This document shows positions 52,105-62,068 of a stretch of 64,000 bases of DNA, piece by piece. Origin of the DNA: an uncultured cyanobacterium (GTDB lineage Bacteria; Cyanobacteriota; Cyanobacteriia; Phormidesmidales; Phormidesmidaceae); the NCBI GenBank assembly GCA_963793265.1, contig CAWBZI010000007.1:320001-384000 (forward strand), written 5' to 3'. Both the position numbers and the translations under genes were made by a program. A model generated the notes under the pieces. The model had not been told where the DNA came from. It made no database searches and worked only from the letters and a program-made list of their open reading frames with translations. Each line of letters opens with the position of its first letter. The first letter of the stretch is position 1.

Positions 52105-52219
52105 TGCTTATAGACTCGCTTAAAAATGTGTGCTGTAAATCAAGTCCGTAACAATTATTGTTACGAGCTAAGCCACGGTATGTAGGGATGTATGGACTAT
52201 TTTGAGAGGCAGGCGCTAT

Positions 52220-55200
52220 CTAGGTAAGCGGCGACAAAACGGTCACATCTCTCGCTTCAATAAAATCACCTGTGCGCTTTTTCCGTCGTCTCCTATGCAG
52301 AATCAGATAAGCCGCGGGTGTAAAATACAGTGCTAAAAAAGGTGAGCCGCCAATGCCACCCGCGATCGCAATCGCCAAAGGCTGCCAAAACGCCCCACCC
52401 GACATCAGCAAAGGAATAAACCCCACCATCGTGGTAATCGTCGTTGTGAGCACGTGACGGGTTGAACGGATAACAACATTCTGCACAGCCACGCGATCGC
52501 CCTGCATCGCCAGCTCATCTTCATTAATCGCCGAGAGCACAATAATCCCACCGTTGATCGCAATCCCAATCAGGCCCATCGTGCCAACCACCGCCATAAA
52601 GCCCATCAGCGAACCAAACGCTCGCAGCGAAAACAGCGCCATCCCCACCGAGCCAATCCCAATCGCCGCCACAATTCCCGCCGACCGAAAGCTTCTCAGC
52701 GACAGTACCAAAGTTGTGCCCATCAGCAGCAACAACAGTCCCACGTAAGCCAGCAACGCGCCGACCGCACTACCGCTCTCCGCCTGCTCTCCTCCCACTT
52801 CTGTGTAGTAGCCCGGCGGCGTCTCAAACCCTCTAGCCGCTAGCGCCGCCTGAAAATTCGCCAGCACCTCCGAAGGCAGCGTGCCTGCCGTAATAAATCC
52901 CTGCACCGTATTCACCCGCTGCTCATTACGGCGAGAGATTTGCGCGAGCTGAGGCACCAGCTCAAACTCGCCTAGTGCAGAAAGGGGACGAAGATCTGAA
53001 GCGCCCGGCTGATTGTTCTGTAAATTCAAAGCCGCAATCTGCGAGAGATCGCCCCGGTCACCGTTCCCAATTTGTACCCGTATCGGCAGGCTTTCCGTAG
53101 ATTCTAGAACAGAGCCACCGACCGCCCCTTCCAAAGTGGCTTCTAGCTGCCTAGCAATCTCTGCGTTCGTCAGCCCGGCAAGCTGCGCCTGTTCTTCATC
53201 CACCTGCAAAGCCAGCTTTGGCACTGTTGCCGTCAAATTATCTCTTACATGAGTAACTTCAGGCACCTCTGTTAAGATTTCTCGCGCTTCTGCGCCTAGC
53301 TCTCTGAGCACAGCCAAATTAGGCCCATAGATACGCAGCTCTACAGGCGCTTCAAAAGGTGGCCCCTGCTCTAGCTGACGCACCAGCACCCGCGCACTCG
53401 GCAGCGTCATATCTAGCTCGTTTTGAATCTCACGGATGAGCGATCGCACCCCCTTATCCGTATTAAGCTGAACCATTGCCTGCGCGTAGTCAGGAGAGTT
53501 TTGTCGGTTGCCCGTAAAGTTGTAGAAAAACTTAGGCGCGCTCTCCCCTACAAACCAGTGAACTTGTTCAATTTCCTCATGCTGTAAGAGAACATCGCGG
53601 GCGCGTGAAACGTCTGCTTGGGTTGCTGCGATCGCCTGCTGACTGGCAAACTCCACCTCAATTTGAAACTGATCGCGATCGACAGATGGAAAAAACTGTT
53701 GATCGAGCCCGCCCGCGCCCGCAAATCCCATAACCGGCACGATAAAGGTAAGCGCAACGCCCAAAATAGGCCGCGCCGTTACCCGCTCCAACGTCCACCG
53801 ATAAAACCGCCCTAGCCGCCTAGAGCTGAAGCCCTCATTCCACCAGGCTCCCGGACTATTTAAAAAGTTAAGCACCTTCGCCTTTAGCCCTCGATGCTGC
53901 CGCATTCGATTCTGCCGTCCTAAAAACCGCCCGCTCAGTGCCGCAATCACCGTCAGCGAAATCACCAGCGACGCACAAAGAGAGAGAATCACCGTCAGCG
54001 CAATAGAGCCCACAAACTCACCCGCTGGCCCTGGCAAAAGCGCAATCGGTAAAAAGGTCAGAACCGTCGTCAGCGTCGAAGCAAGCAGCGGCGCTTTGAG
54101 ATAGTTCACTGTCTTCACCACGGCCTGCTCCGGCGGCGTCCCGTGCTTCAGCTCCGCCTGAATTTCATCGACGGCCACCACCGCATTATCAATCAGCAGC
54201 CCCAGCGCAATAATCAGCCCCGTCACCGACATCTGATGCACCGCAATGCCCATCACGCTCATCAGCCCCAGCACCGCCGCAATTGTCAGCGGCAGCGCCG
54301 TGCCCACCACCACCGACGCCCGCCAGCCCATCGCCACAAACGTCACCAGCACCACCAGCCCCGCCCCAAAAACAAGGTTAGACACCAGCGTCTCTAGCCT
54401 GCTTGCCACATACTCACTCTGATCAAAAATAACGTCTAAAGAGATTCCTCCCGGCACCTGCGCCCGAAAATCTTCTATCTGCGCACGTGCTGACGCTGCC
54501 CACTGATCGATTCGCTGCCCAGGCTGCATTAGAATGCCGAGTGCGATCGCTGGCTTTCCATTCACAATCGCCAAGTCCGTCACCGGCTCCCTCACGCCCC
54601 TGGTCACCTTTGCCACATCCGCCAGCCGCGCAAACTGCCCGCCCTCAGTCTGAATCGGAATCTGCCGAATCTGTTCTAACGCGCCCAGCTCGCTATCAAT
54701 TTCAATCGCCAAATTCTGTTCCGCATTTCGAAGCTGCCCCGCCGTCACCTTCGCATCGCTACTATCAATCTGCTGTGCCAACGCGCGTGCACTCAGGCCC
54801 ATCGCCGCCAGCCCAGGCGCATTCACCGCCACCTTAATCTCCTCAGTCGGCGCACCAAAGTCTTCTACTTCCTCAGTGCCCGCCACCCCGCGCATCTGCA
54901 CCGCTAGCTCTTCAGCAAAGCGCCGCAAAATCGCATAGTTCGGCTCGCCCCCCTGATCCCAAGTCAGCGCCGCAATCAGCGAATAGGCCCGCGTCTCAGC
55001 CGACTCCAGCTCCGGCTCAGACGCCCCCGCTGGAAACTGACTGCTCGCATCTTCCAGCTCATCCCGAATCCGCGACCAAACCGGATCGGCGTCCTTCACC
55101 GCATCTTGCAGCTCGATCGTCACCGTCGAAAATCCCACCCGCGAAGCCGACGTGAGCGTTTTAATCTCATCTATTGTCGCCACCTCCGACTCCACCACCT

Positions 55201-55387
55201 GAGTCACCAGCGCCTCCACCCGCTCAGCGCTCGCCCCGGCAAATCGTGTTTTTACTACCGCAATTCTCGGCACTAAAGTCGGATCTTCCTGTCTGGGCAG
55301 CGATTGAGAAGCGGCTAGCCCCCACACCACCACCATCACCATGGTTAAAATCAGCAGCCGAGTATTGCGAAAAAAAGCGCGAACCAT
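52220..55387 (-). CDS. RND efflux permease (AcrB/CzcA superfamily)
   Basis: 1055 aa; 'LPRQEDP', 'GASAERVE..VT', 'GLLIDNAVV', 'GEFV', 'GIAINGGI', 'PLAIAIAGG'. Confidence 0.93.
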   Translation of the reverse strand: MVRAFFRNTRLLILTMVMVVVWGLAASQSLPRQEDPTLVPRIAVVKTRFAGASAERVEALVTQVVESEVATIDEIKTLTSASRVGFSTVTIELQDAVKDADPVWSRIRDELEDASSQFPAGASEPELESAETRAYSLIAALTWDQGGEPNYAILRRFAEELAVQMRGVAGTEEVEDFGAPTEEIKVAVNAPGLAAMGLSARALAQQIDSSDAKVTAGQLRNAEQNLAIEIDSELGALEQIRQIPIQTEGGQFARLADVAKVTRGVREPVTDLAIVNGKPAIALGILMQPGQRIDQWAASARAQIEDFRAQVPGGISLDVIFDQSEYVASRLETLVSNLVFGAGLVVLVTFVAMGWRASVVVGTALPLTIAAVLGLMSVMGIAVHQMSVTGLIIALGLLIDNAVVAVDEIQAELKHGTPPEQAVVKTVNYLKAPLLASTLTTVLTFLPIALLPGPAGEFVGSIALTVILSLCASLVISLTVIAALSGRFLGRQNRMRQHRGLKAKVLNFLNSPGAWWNEGFSSRRLGRFYRWTLERVTARPILGVALTFIVPVMGFAGAGGLDQQFFPSVDRDQFQIEVEFASQQAIAATQADVSRARDVLLQHEEIEQVHWFVGESAPKFFYNFTGNRQNSPDYAQAMVQLNTDKGVRSLIREIQNELDMTLPSARVLVRQLEQGPPFEAPVELRIYGPNLAVLRELGAEAREILTEVPEVTHVRDNLTATVPKLALQVDEEQAQLAGLTNAEIARQLEATLEGAVGGSVLESTESLPIRVQIGNGDRGDLSQIAALNLQNNQPGASDLRPLSALGEFELVPQLAQISRRNEQRVNTVQGFITAGTLPSEVLANFQAALAARGFETPPGYYTEVGGEQAESGSAVGALLAYVGLLLLLMGTTLVLSLRSFRSAGIVAAIGIGSVGMALFSLRAFGSLMGFMAVVGTMGLIGIAINGGIIVLSAINEDELAMQGDRVAVQNVVIRSTRHVLTTTITTMVGFIPLLMSGGAFWQPLAIAIAGGIGGSPFLALYFTPAAYLILHRRRRKKRTGDFIEARDVTVLSPLT

Positions 55388-55432
55388 AGGTCGTGTCTGT
55401 TTAAGTCCGTGTCTGTTGAGCTGTCTTTAAAA

Positions 55433-56920
55433 TTAGTTAGCAGCTTCTATCTGAAGATTAGAAAGCAGCTCCTTCACTGGCTGCACCTGCTGACCCGGCA
55501 CTAATCGGTGCACCCCATTTGCCACCACCGTATCGCCCGGCTTCAAAGTGCCTCTTACCAAAACTCGATTTTCTGACGGTAAAGCACCACCGCCTGATGA
55601 GCCCTGGCCAGTACTCTCCTGCTGAATAATCTCGAGCGATCGCGCCTCAATCTCAAACGCACCCGGCTCCCCTTCAGCAGGCACCAGCACATAGCAAGTC
55701 CAGAGCCCGCGAATCCCCTCAGTCAGCGCCGCCACCGGCAGCCAAAACCCTTCCGCTTGAATGCGATCGCTCAAAGCCCACTGCACCGTCTGCCCTGGCT
55801 CCACCGCTCCAAAAGCCGTCTGCGCAAGTCCCAACACCACCGTCTGCGTCCTGGTCGCCACATCCACCTCCGGCAGCACCGCCTTCACCTCAGCCGCAAA
55901 AGGCTGGTCATTCACCCGTACGCTTTGAGTGCTGCCCACCGCCAGCGTACTTGCCACCTCACTCGGCACCCCAATCCGCGCTTCTGGCGCAGCCGACTCT
56001 ATCAGCGCCACCACGGTTTGCCCCGCGCTCACCACCGTTCCCTCATCCACCGCCCGCTCTGCAATCACCCCAGAAAACGGAGCCGTCAGCGTACTTTTAT
56101 TTTGCGTTATCTCCAGCGCGTCTATCTGCGCCTGAAACTGATCGAGCGTCGCATCTTGAGCGGCCACCTGCTCCGATCTCGTGCCGTTCTCAAGCGCTGC
56201 TAAATTACTTCGGGCCTGGTCTAGTTTGGCCTGTAGCGATCGCGTCCCGAACGTATATTCATCTAGCTGCTCTCGTGTGATCGCCCCCTGGCTAAACAAA
56301 TACTCCCGCCGATTCTGCTGCGTCTGCTGCAAAGCAAGCTGCTGCTCCAAATCCGTCGCCGCCGCTGCCGCCACTGCAATATCTTCCGGCCTCGCCCCTG
56401 TTTGCAGCTCATTCAGCCGCGCCTGTGCCTGCGCCTTCTGCGCAATAAGCTGCCGCTTCTGAGCTTCCAAATCCTGAGTATCCAGCGCCGCCAAAGCCTG
56501 CCCAGCGCTCACCTGCTCGCCTTCACTCACCTGCATATTCACCACCTGGCCGCTGCGCTCAAACCCCAGGTCGCTGCTGCGAAGTGCTGCAATCTTCCCC
56601 GTATACAGCCGCGATACTGTGTATGACGAAACCCGCTCCACCTCAAATGTTTCTACCGGAATCGCTCGGCTGGCGGCAGGGGTTGCTACAGGGGCAGGCA
56701 CAGCCGTCTTTTTGAGTGTGCGTACGCCGACAACAGCACCTACGAGTGCAGCTAGGGCGAGTGCACCTATCAATGCATAGCGTTTAAAAATCGGCGGTGC
56801 GGTGGGCTGTTCTTCTCCTAAGCTAATAGGCAGCAGTCCGGCAGGCGTTAGCCAAGCGGCTTCAAACTCACTGGGCTCGGCAGATTTTACTGGCGGTGTG
56901 TGAAAAGGGTCGGGAGCCAT
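55433..56920 (-). CDS. RND periplasmic adaptor (MFP) subunit
   Basis: TM anchor, lipoyl halves ('V.EGEQV.AGQ.LA.LD', 'APFSGVI'), long alpha-hairpin. Confidence 0.92.
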   Translation of the reverse strand: MAPDPFHTPPVKSAEPSEFEAAWLTPAGLLPISLGEEQPTAPPIFKRYALIGALALAALVGAVVGVRTLKKTAVPAPVATPAASRAIPVETFEVERVSSYTVSRLYTGKIAALRSSDLGFERSGQVVNMQVSEGEQVSAGQALAALDTQDLEAQKRQLIAQKAQAQARLNELQTGARPEDIAVAAAAATDLEQQLALQQTQQNRREYLFSQGAITREQLDEYTFGTRSLQAKLDQARSNLAALENGTRSEQVAAQDATLDQFQAQIDALEITQNKSTLTAPFSGVIAERAVDEGTVVSAGQTVVALIESAAPEARIGVPSEVASTLAVGSTQSVRVNDQPFAAEVKAVLPEVDVATRTQTVVLGLAQTAFGAVEPGQTVQWALSDRIQAEGFWLPVAALTEGIRGLWTCYVLVPAEGEPGAFEIEARSLEIIQQESTGQGSSGGGALPSENRVLVRGTLKPGDTVVANGVHRLVPGQQVQPVKELLSNLQIEAAN

Positions 56921-57113
56921 GGCGATCGCACCTGCCGTTGCGCTACGTAAAGACGTTACAGCTCATCGTAAAGGCGCTCTCCCGGACAAATCTACCTTAC
57001 CTGCAAAAACCCTAAAATATGGTCAAAAGACAGCTCTTATTTTTCAAAAGCCATAAAAAAGAATCAACAAAACCATCTGTCTAAAATCGGTAAGCCCTTA
57101 TGAGATTCGCCAA

Positions 57114-57665
57114 ATGAGATTAGCCAAGAAAATAGAAATCGTTTTTGAAAAGACCATTTGGAACTTCCGATTTTTTGTGCTGCTGCCGGTCATTTTTAGC
57201 CTATTTAGCGCCGTCAAGTTTTTCGTTATTGGTACGCTCGACATCTGGGTGGGCCTCAACCTCAACTTTGATCTGACCGATCCAGAAGGCGAAGTCACTA
57301 ACCAAATTGTCTCTTACATCATCGGTGGGGTGGACTACTATCTCATCGGCATTGTTCTACTTATCTTCAGCTTCGGCATCTACGAACTGTTCATCTCTAA
57401 AATTGATATTCGATTTGAGCAAGAGGTGAGCATTCTTCAAAGTGAGTCTTTAGAAGAGCTGAAGAGTAAATTAGTGCAGGTGATTGTTGTCGCGCTGATT
57501 GTGAGCTTATTTAAACGAATGCTGGGCTTAGATGTGAGAGAAGCGAGCGATTTGGTTTATGTGGCGATTTCTATTCTGCTTATTTCTGTTAGCAGCTATC
57601 TGCTTCAGATTCAGTACAATGCGCATGGGAGTAAGGGCAGTGCAACGAAGGCTGAGGAGTCGTAG
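57114..57665 (+). CDS. YqhA/UPF0114 family membrane protein
   Basis: 'D.YL...VLLIF..G.YELFISKID', 'SL.ELK.KL..VI'. Confidence 0.85.
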   Translation: MRLAKKIEIVFEKTIWNFRFFVLLPVIFSLFSAVKFFVIGTLDIWVGLNLNFDLTDPEGEVTNQIVSYIIGGVDYYLIGIVLLIFSFGIYELFISKIDIRFEQEVSILQSESLEELKSKLVQVIVVALIVSLFKRMLGLDVREASDLVYVAISILLISVSSYLLQIQYNAHGSKGSATKAEES

Positions 57666-57703
57666 TATGGGAGTATGTGTCGATACCCTTCAAGGCAACC
57701 CAA

Positions 57704-58171
57704 TCAAGGCAACCCAAAGCTAGCCACCCTAATCACCAAATCCCCTTGTCTTGGGTCGTGCTCAAACACAAACCCACCGCTCTTCTGTTCATTCCCCGAG
57801 AGAAAATCAAACTGTTGTTCTCCCGCTTCATCGACACCTTCGTCTACGCCTGCATTCACGTGCAGCTCAGCAATCACCTGCACCGTTCTAGCAATGCGTC
57901 CTCCGGTGTTCTTGATTGTAAACGGCACATAGTAATGACCCTCTGTCAGCCTGGGCGCTTCCATCATTTCCACCCGAAAAGTTGGCGGCAAATTTTTACT
58001 CACCTGCCAGTCGTACAGCACCAAAACAACCAGCAAACTCAGCACCAAAGCAGACACCGCCAGCGTGATCCATTCAGCGAGCGATCGCATCCCCTTCAGC
58101 CTGGCAATTCTCGATGGCAGCACGGCCTTAGATTTCTGCGTTACTTTCAACTCCGGGACATCTTCACTCAA
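57704..58171 (-). CDS. TIGR02588 family protein
   Basis: 'AEWIT', 'YYVPF.I.N.GG..A..VQV', 'F.FL..NE...G.F.F..DP'; paired with TIGR02587. Confidence 0.8.
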   Translation of the reverse strand: MSEDVPELKVTQKSKAVLPSRIARLKGMRSLAEWITLAVSALVLSLLVVLVLYDWQVSKNLPPTFRVEMMEAPRLTEGHYYVPFTIKNTGGRIARTVQVIAELHVNAGVDEGVDEAGEQQFDFLSGNEQKSGGFVFEHDPRQGDLVIRVASFGLP

Positions 58172-58183
58172 AGCTACAAACCA

Positions 58184-59092
58184 TCACGCTAAAATTCTAC
58201 CGGCTGCGCCCCCCACCGAAGCAGGCAGGCCCAGCACAATTATATTGCCTAGCCACTCTTGCCACGGGTCGCTGCTGCTAAGCTGCTGAAAGAAAACCAG
58301 CATCAGCGTAGACGCACCCAGCACCACAATATACGTCACCAGCGTCTCAGTTAGCGGGCTCAGCAGCAACCCTCTTTGGGCCCGTTCGCTGCGATCGGTA
58401 AAGCCCGAGGCAAACACAATTACATAGGAAATTAGCAGAGAGGCCGCCATAATTAGCAGCAGCCACAGCGACGGCAGACCCGAGGCGATAATTGCAATTT
58501 CTTCAGTGGGGGCAATGCTAAAGGCGATCACAATCGCGCCAATAATCGTTGCATCGATGTCGGCTAGCGTATCGCCTAGCACACCGCGAAAGCTCACCGT
58601 CGTCGGCAAAAAGGTAGGGGCAGCCTCAATCGTACGGCGCGTGCTCGCCCGGCGACGCTCTAGGGTAGAGCGGGCTAAGGTGACGCCCAGTGAAAAGGGA
58701 ACGCCTTCAAAAATCAGCTTGCCCAGCGCCTCTGAAAGCGGCGTTTCTAGCGTGATGCGGCGGAGCAAGAGTAGGGCGATCGCAGCGCAAATAATGCCAA
58801 TCCCCAGCGCCTCAATGCTTTCTAATACCGTCTCAATGGGATTGATGGAGAGCGATCGCCTAAATCCCTCAATCTGAGTCAGCAGCAGCACCACTACAAA
58901 CGTCACCGCCTGCACCACCAGCAGCCGCAGCGAATCTGTCGAAGACCCAATTGCCCACACCTCGACCGTATACAGCAGCGGAATGCCAAACAAAAAGCTT
59001 CCCGCCGCCCCCCGCAAAATCGCCCGCAGCTCCTCTGTCCACATATTGCTAGGGGTCTTTAGTGGAAATGATTCTAAGGGCTCTTGAGGCAT
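58184..59092 (-). CDS. TIGR02587 family membrane protein
   Basis: 'RGAAG.FLFGIPLLYT.EVW.IG', 'IAPTEEI', 'LGLPASVGGAAGR'. Confidence 0.85.
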   Translation of the reverse strand: MPQEPLESFPLKTPSNMWTEELRAILRGAAGSFLFGIPLLYTVEVWAIGSSTDSLRLLVVQAVTFVVVLLLTQIEGFRRSLSINPIETVLESIEALGIGIICAAIALLLLRRITLETPLSEALGKLIFEGVPFSLGVTLARSTLERRRASTRRTIEAAPTFLPTTVSFRGVLGDTLADIDATIIGAIVIAFSIAPTEEIAIIASGLPSLWLLLIMAASLLISYVIVFASGFTDRSERAQRGLLLSPLTETLVTYIVVLGASTLMLVFFQQLSSSDPWQEWLGNIIVLGLPASVGGAAGRILA

Positions 59093-59374
59093 ACGAGAAA
59101 CTGTTGAGCAAGGGCATAAGCTATGAAAAGCTTAGCGAAGAGCATGTATCTTTATAACGAGGTGTCTAGTTTTGTAAGCGTTTGACGGTGACGCTCATCA
59201 CAGCGCCGAGCATAGGGAATAGTTTATTGACGCAAAGTTCATGATATAACCCCTAGAGGGTAGCTTATAGCCAACTAAGTTTGATACGTGCGCGGCTCTT
59301 TTGAGGCTAACTCGACTGACTGGCGTAATATGTCGGCAAGTGTCGTCAAACAGTCTGTAATGAGAATAAAGCGC

Positions 59375-60130
59375 ATGACAGTAGCATTTCGCACACAGCA
59401 ACATCCCTGCCCCTTTGCTCAAAAGATCTTTCGACCGATGGCTGCTGTTGTTCTTACGGGACTATCTAGCTTTTTGCTGGCAGGCTGCAACCCTTCTAAT
59501 TTGGTTGCCCAAGGCATTGAGCGAGAGCTACCCAAATATGTCGGCCCGGCTGATAATTACGATGTAGACATTGAAGGGCTAAGCGTACGAGAAGGCAGTG
59601 CTAAAAGCGTGGTAGCGGTAGGCGAGCGGGTGCGGCCCGAGGGAGCCCCGGTTATCGATCAGTTGTCCTTGGATTTGCAAGATGTGGTATATGACCGGGA
59701 GGCTGAGCGGCTGAGTGAGGTTGGCGCTGTGCGACTCACTGCTGTGATTAAGACAGATGACTTGGCCGATTTTTTGGAGGCTTATCGCAATGTGCGCGAG
59801 GCTGAGGTGATGTTGCGATCGCCCGACCAGGCCACTATTCGCTTGCGTCCTCAAGTCGGCAATCTTGCCGTCCCTCCTGGTATCACCGTTGATGTTGGGG
59901 GCCAAATTGTCGGCCAGGGCACTCAGCTCAGGTTTGAAGTAGACAAAGTAACCGCCGCTGGATTCGACCTGAGCAACCTTGCCGCGCGCCGCCTTTCGGA
60001 TGTGATTAATCCTTTAGCTGATTTGCAAGAGCTACCTGTAGATGTGAATATCACTTCTGTTGTTGTTGCGGGTGAAACAATTGGCTTGGAAGTGGTGGGC
60101 GATCCTAGCAGCTTTGAAATGGAGCTTTGA
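59375..60130 (+). CDS. DUF2993/LmeA-like lipoprotein
   Basis: Lipobox LLAGC, beta-rich body; start uncertain (59288-59438). Confidence 0.6.
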   Translation: MTVAFRTQQHPCPFAQKIFRPMAAVVLTGLSSFLLAGCNPSNLVAQGIERELPKYVGPADNYDVDIEGLSVREGSAKSVVAVGERVRPEGAPVIDQLSLDLQDVVYDREAERLSEVGAVRLTAVIKTDDLADFLEAYRNVREAEVMLRSPDQATIRLRPQVGNLAVPPGITVDVGGQIVGQGTQLRFEVDKVTAAGFDLSNLAARRLSDVINPLADLQELPVDVNITSVVVAGETIGLEVVGDPSSFEMEL

Positions 60131-60191
60131 GTAGCTACGGTTTGTTGTTTGCGATGTGTTTAGTGTTGGTCGGTTGGTGGTTTGGGTTGCT

Positions 60192-60233
60192 GACCCACCC
60201 CGTCGCTGCGCGCCACCCCTCCCAAAAGGGGAT
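60192..60233. repeat. Short dispersed palindromic repeat (CCCACCCC...CCCCTCCC..AGGGGA)
   Basis: GC-rich hairpin motif of a type common in bacterial intergenic regions; single copy in the window. Confidence 0.35.
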
Positions 60234-60466
60234 CTACTTCAGGAGAGGAAAATCAAAGGGGTCTCTTTCGATCTTTAACTTGCTCGTAGCCAGGACAGAT
60301 CTTATCTTGGGAGAACGCATTAACGATGTAGTTTCGTTCACTTTTCTTTTATAGCTCCTTTTTCTATCTAAGTGATCGCTATAAACGGTTGATAAAGTGA
60401 CCTGACAGAACTACTGAAGGGAGATGGTATAGATTATTGTAAGAGCTACTGCCAAGCTTTCATTAA

Positions 60467-60866
60467 ATGAGTATCAACTTCGGTCTTTATGCGCTGCTAA
60501 TTGTAATTCCATTAGTCCTGCATCTCATCACGCGAACTGCGATCATAAGCTTTCGCGACCGGCGACCCGCAAAGCTTTTAGCGGTCATATACAGACGCCA
60601 GCATCGAAAGATAATAGGATTGCTCTTGCTAATACTTGTTTTATCGCCGCCGTGGTGGACTCGGTTTGGGCCACAAACTGCGTGGCAACAGGAATCTTTT
60701 ATTCCTTGCGGAAGCCCATTGGCAATGGAAAACGATGTACTTCTAGTGGGTGGAACAGCAGGGCATCACGTATATATCCTGCGATATCAAAAAGGTCGCT
60801 GGATAGAGGAAGCTGCTTTTGTACGCGAGGTGAATAAATCCGAGAAAGTGAGGATTGTTGAGCCTT
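60467..60866 (+). pseudogene. Membrane-anchored hypothetical protein truncated by the IS remnant
   Basis: Two TM segments, then a beta-propeller-blade-like stretch; the reading frame runs into transposase DNA at about 60867. Confidence 0.45.
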
Positions 60867-61160
60867 TATCACAGCAAATACAACCCCATAGAACGATGCT
60901 GGGGTGTGCTTGAACAACACTGGAATGGTACTCAACTTATCGACTTGCCCACTATGCTTATTTGGGCTAAGAGCATGCGGTGGAAAGGCACTTATCCCAC
61001 CATCAAATTGAATCCATTGATTTATAAAAAAGGGATCGCTTTGACAAAACAACAGATGAACACAATTGAAGCGCGATTAGAACGACATCCTGACCTGCCA
61101 AAATGGGACATTTTTATTCGACCCGCTTAAACGGTAGCTTTATTCTTGGAAACTACCTTA
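60867..61160 (+). mobile_element. ISAzo13-like transposase 3' remnant with probable right end
   Basis: 'YHSKYNPIERCWGVLEQHWNG', 'YKKGI.L', 'LPKWDI.I.P' C-terminal motifs; stop 61130; probable end TATTCTTGGAAACTACCTTA. Confidence 0.8.
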
Positions 61161-61600
61161 TCAGTCATAGCTATCTCGATTGACTGCTTCGTAGTAAATC
61201 TACTGAAGTAAGCTGGCAATCTCTAAGGCTTAAACATTCTTTGCTACTTCATAAGTGCGTAAAGATACATAAAGGCTACCTATACCTACGTAGCCATTTC
61301 GGTAATATTTCAGATACGTTTGTGAACGAAGCCCCCAAGCAAAACAACGTTCCGCAAAACAGAGTTATTGCATAAGATTGAAAGAGGAAGCGGTAGATTC
61401 TGATAGCCCATTTGCTATATCTCTAAACGTTTGAAATTAAAGTTTTAGCATTAGACAAGCTATTTGAGCCGTTTCTAATGCACCTGTATTTGGCCTGCAT
61501 TAAGATTCAGAAACGTTATCTCTATGCCTTGAGACAAGCCAACAATAATACTGTTTTAGAGCTATCCCTATATCTCTATTATTAAAGGAATTGATAGTAT

Positions 61601-61972
61601 ATGATGCATGTAAGACGATGTAGTGTTGTTGCTGGTCGATTAGTGTTGATAGTTTTTCTTCTATTTTCTACTACATCATGCCGGTTATTGCGCACATTCA
61701 GACCTGAAAGCGAATGCTACAAATACGATAAAGCTGTTTTTAAGCCCTGCATAGAAGAGAGATTTCCTGTCGGGTCTAGCTACTCTGATTTAGAAGATTT
61801 TTTGCTAGAAGATGGTTTTAGAAGTTCCCAGAATCCTGACGATTTAGCCGAAAACAGATTCTACTTCAGATGGAATGCCAACAATCTGACTAATGGATTT
61901 ACTGACTACGCTGTAGTCGTTGCAGGAAATTACGACGAGGGTCTGAAAATAACGGACATTGAAGTCAACTAG
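61601..61972 (+). CDS. Small hypothetical lipoprotein (immunity-like)
   Basis: Basic N-terminus, hydrophobic stretch, lipobox-like 'STTSC'; 'FPVGSSY..L...L...GF'. Confidence 0.7.
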   Translation: MMHVRRCSVVAGRLVLIVFLLFSTTSCRLLRTFRPESECYKYDKAVFKPCIEERFPVGSSYSDLEDFLLEDGFRSSQNPDDLAENRFYFRWNANNLTNGFTDYAVVVAGNYDEGLKITDIEVN

Positions 61973-62068
61973 GGAAGGTGCTGACACGAACAAAGGAAAA
62001 TGCTTTTCAATTCTGTGACGGTATTTACATCTCAATAGTAGATAACAGATACATACTAGGAAATAATT

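Noticed and set aside
52220..56920. RND pair lacking an outer-membrane factor as a novelty
   Set aside because: This is usual in cyanobacteria, which share a TolC-like protein encoded elsewhere.
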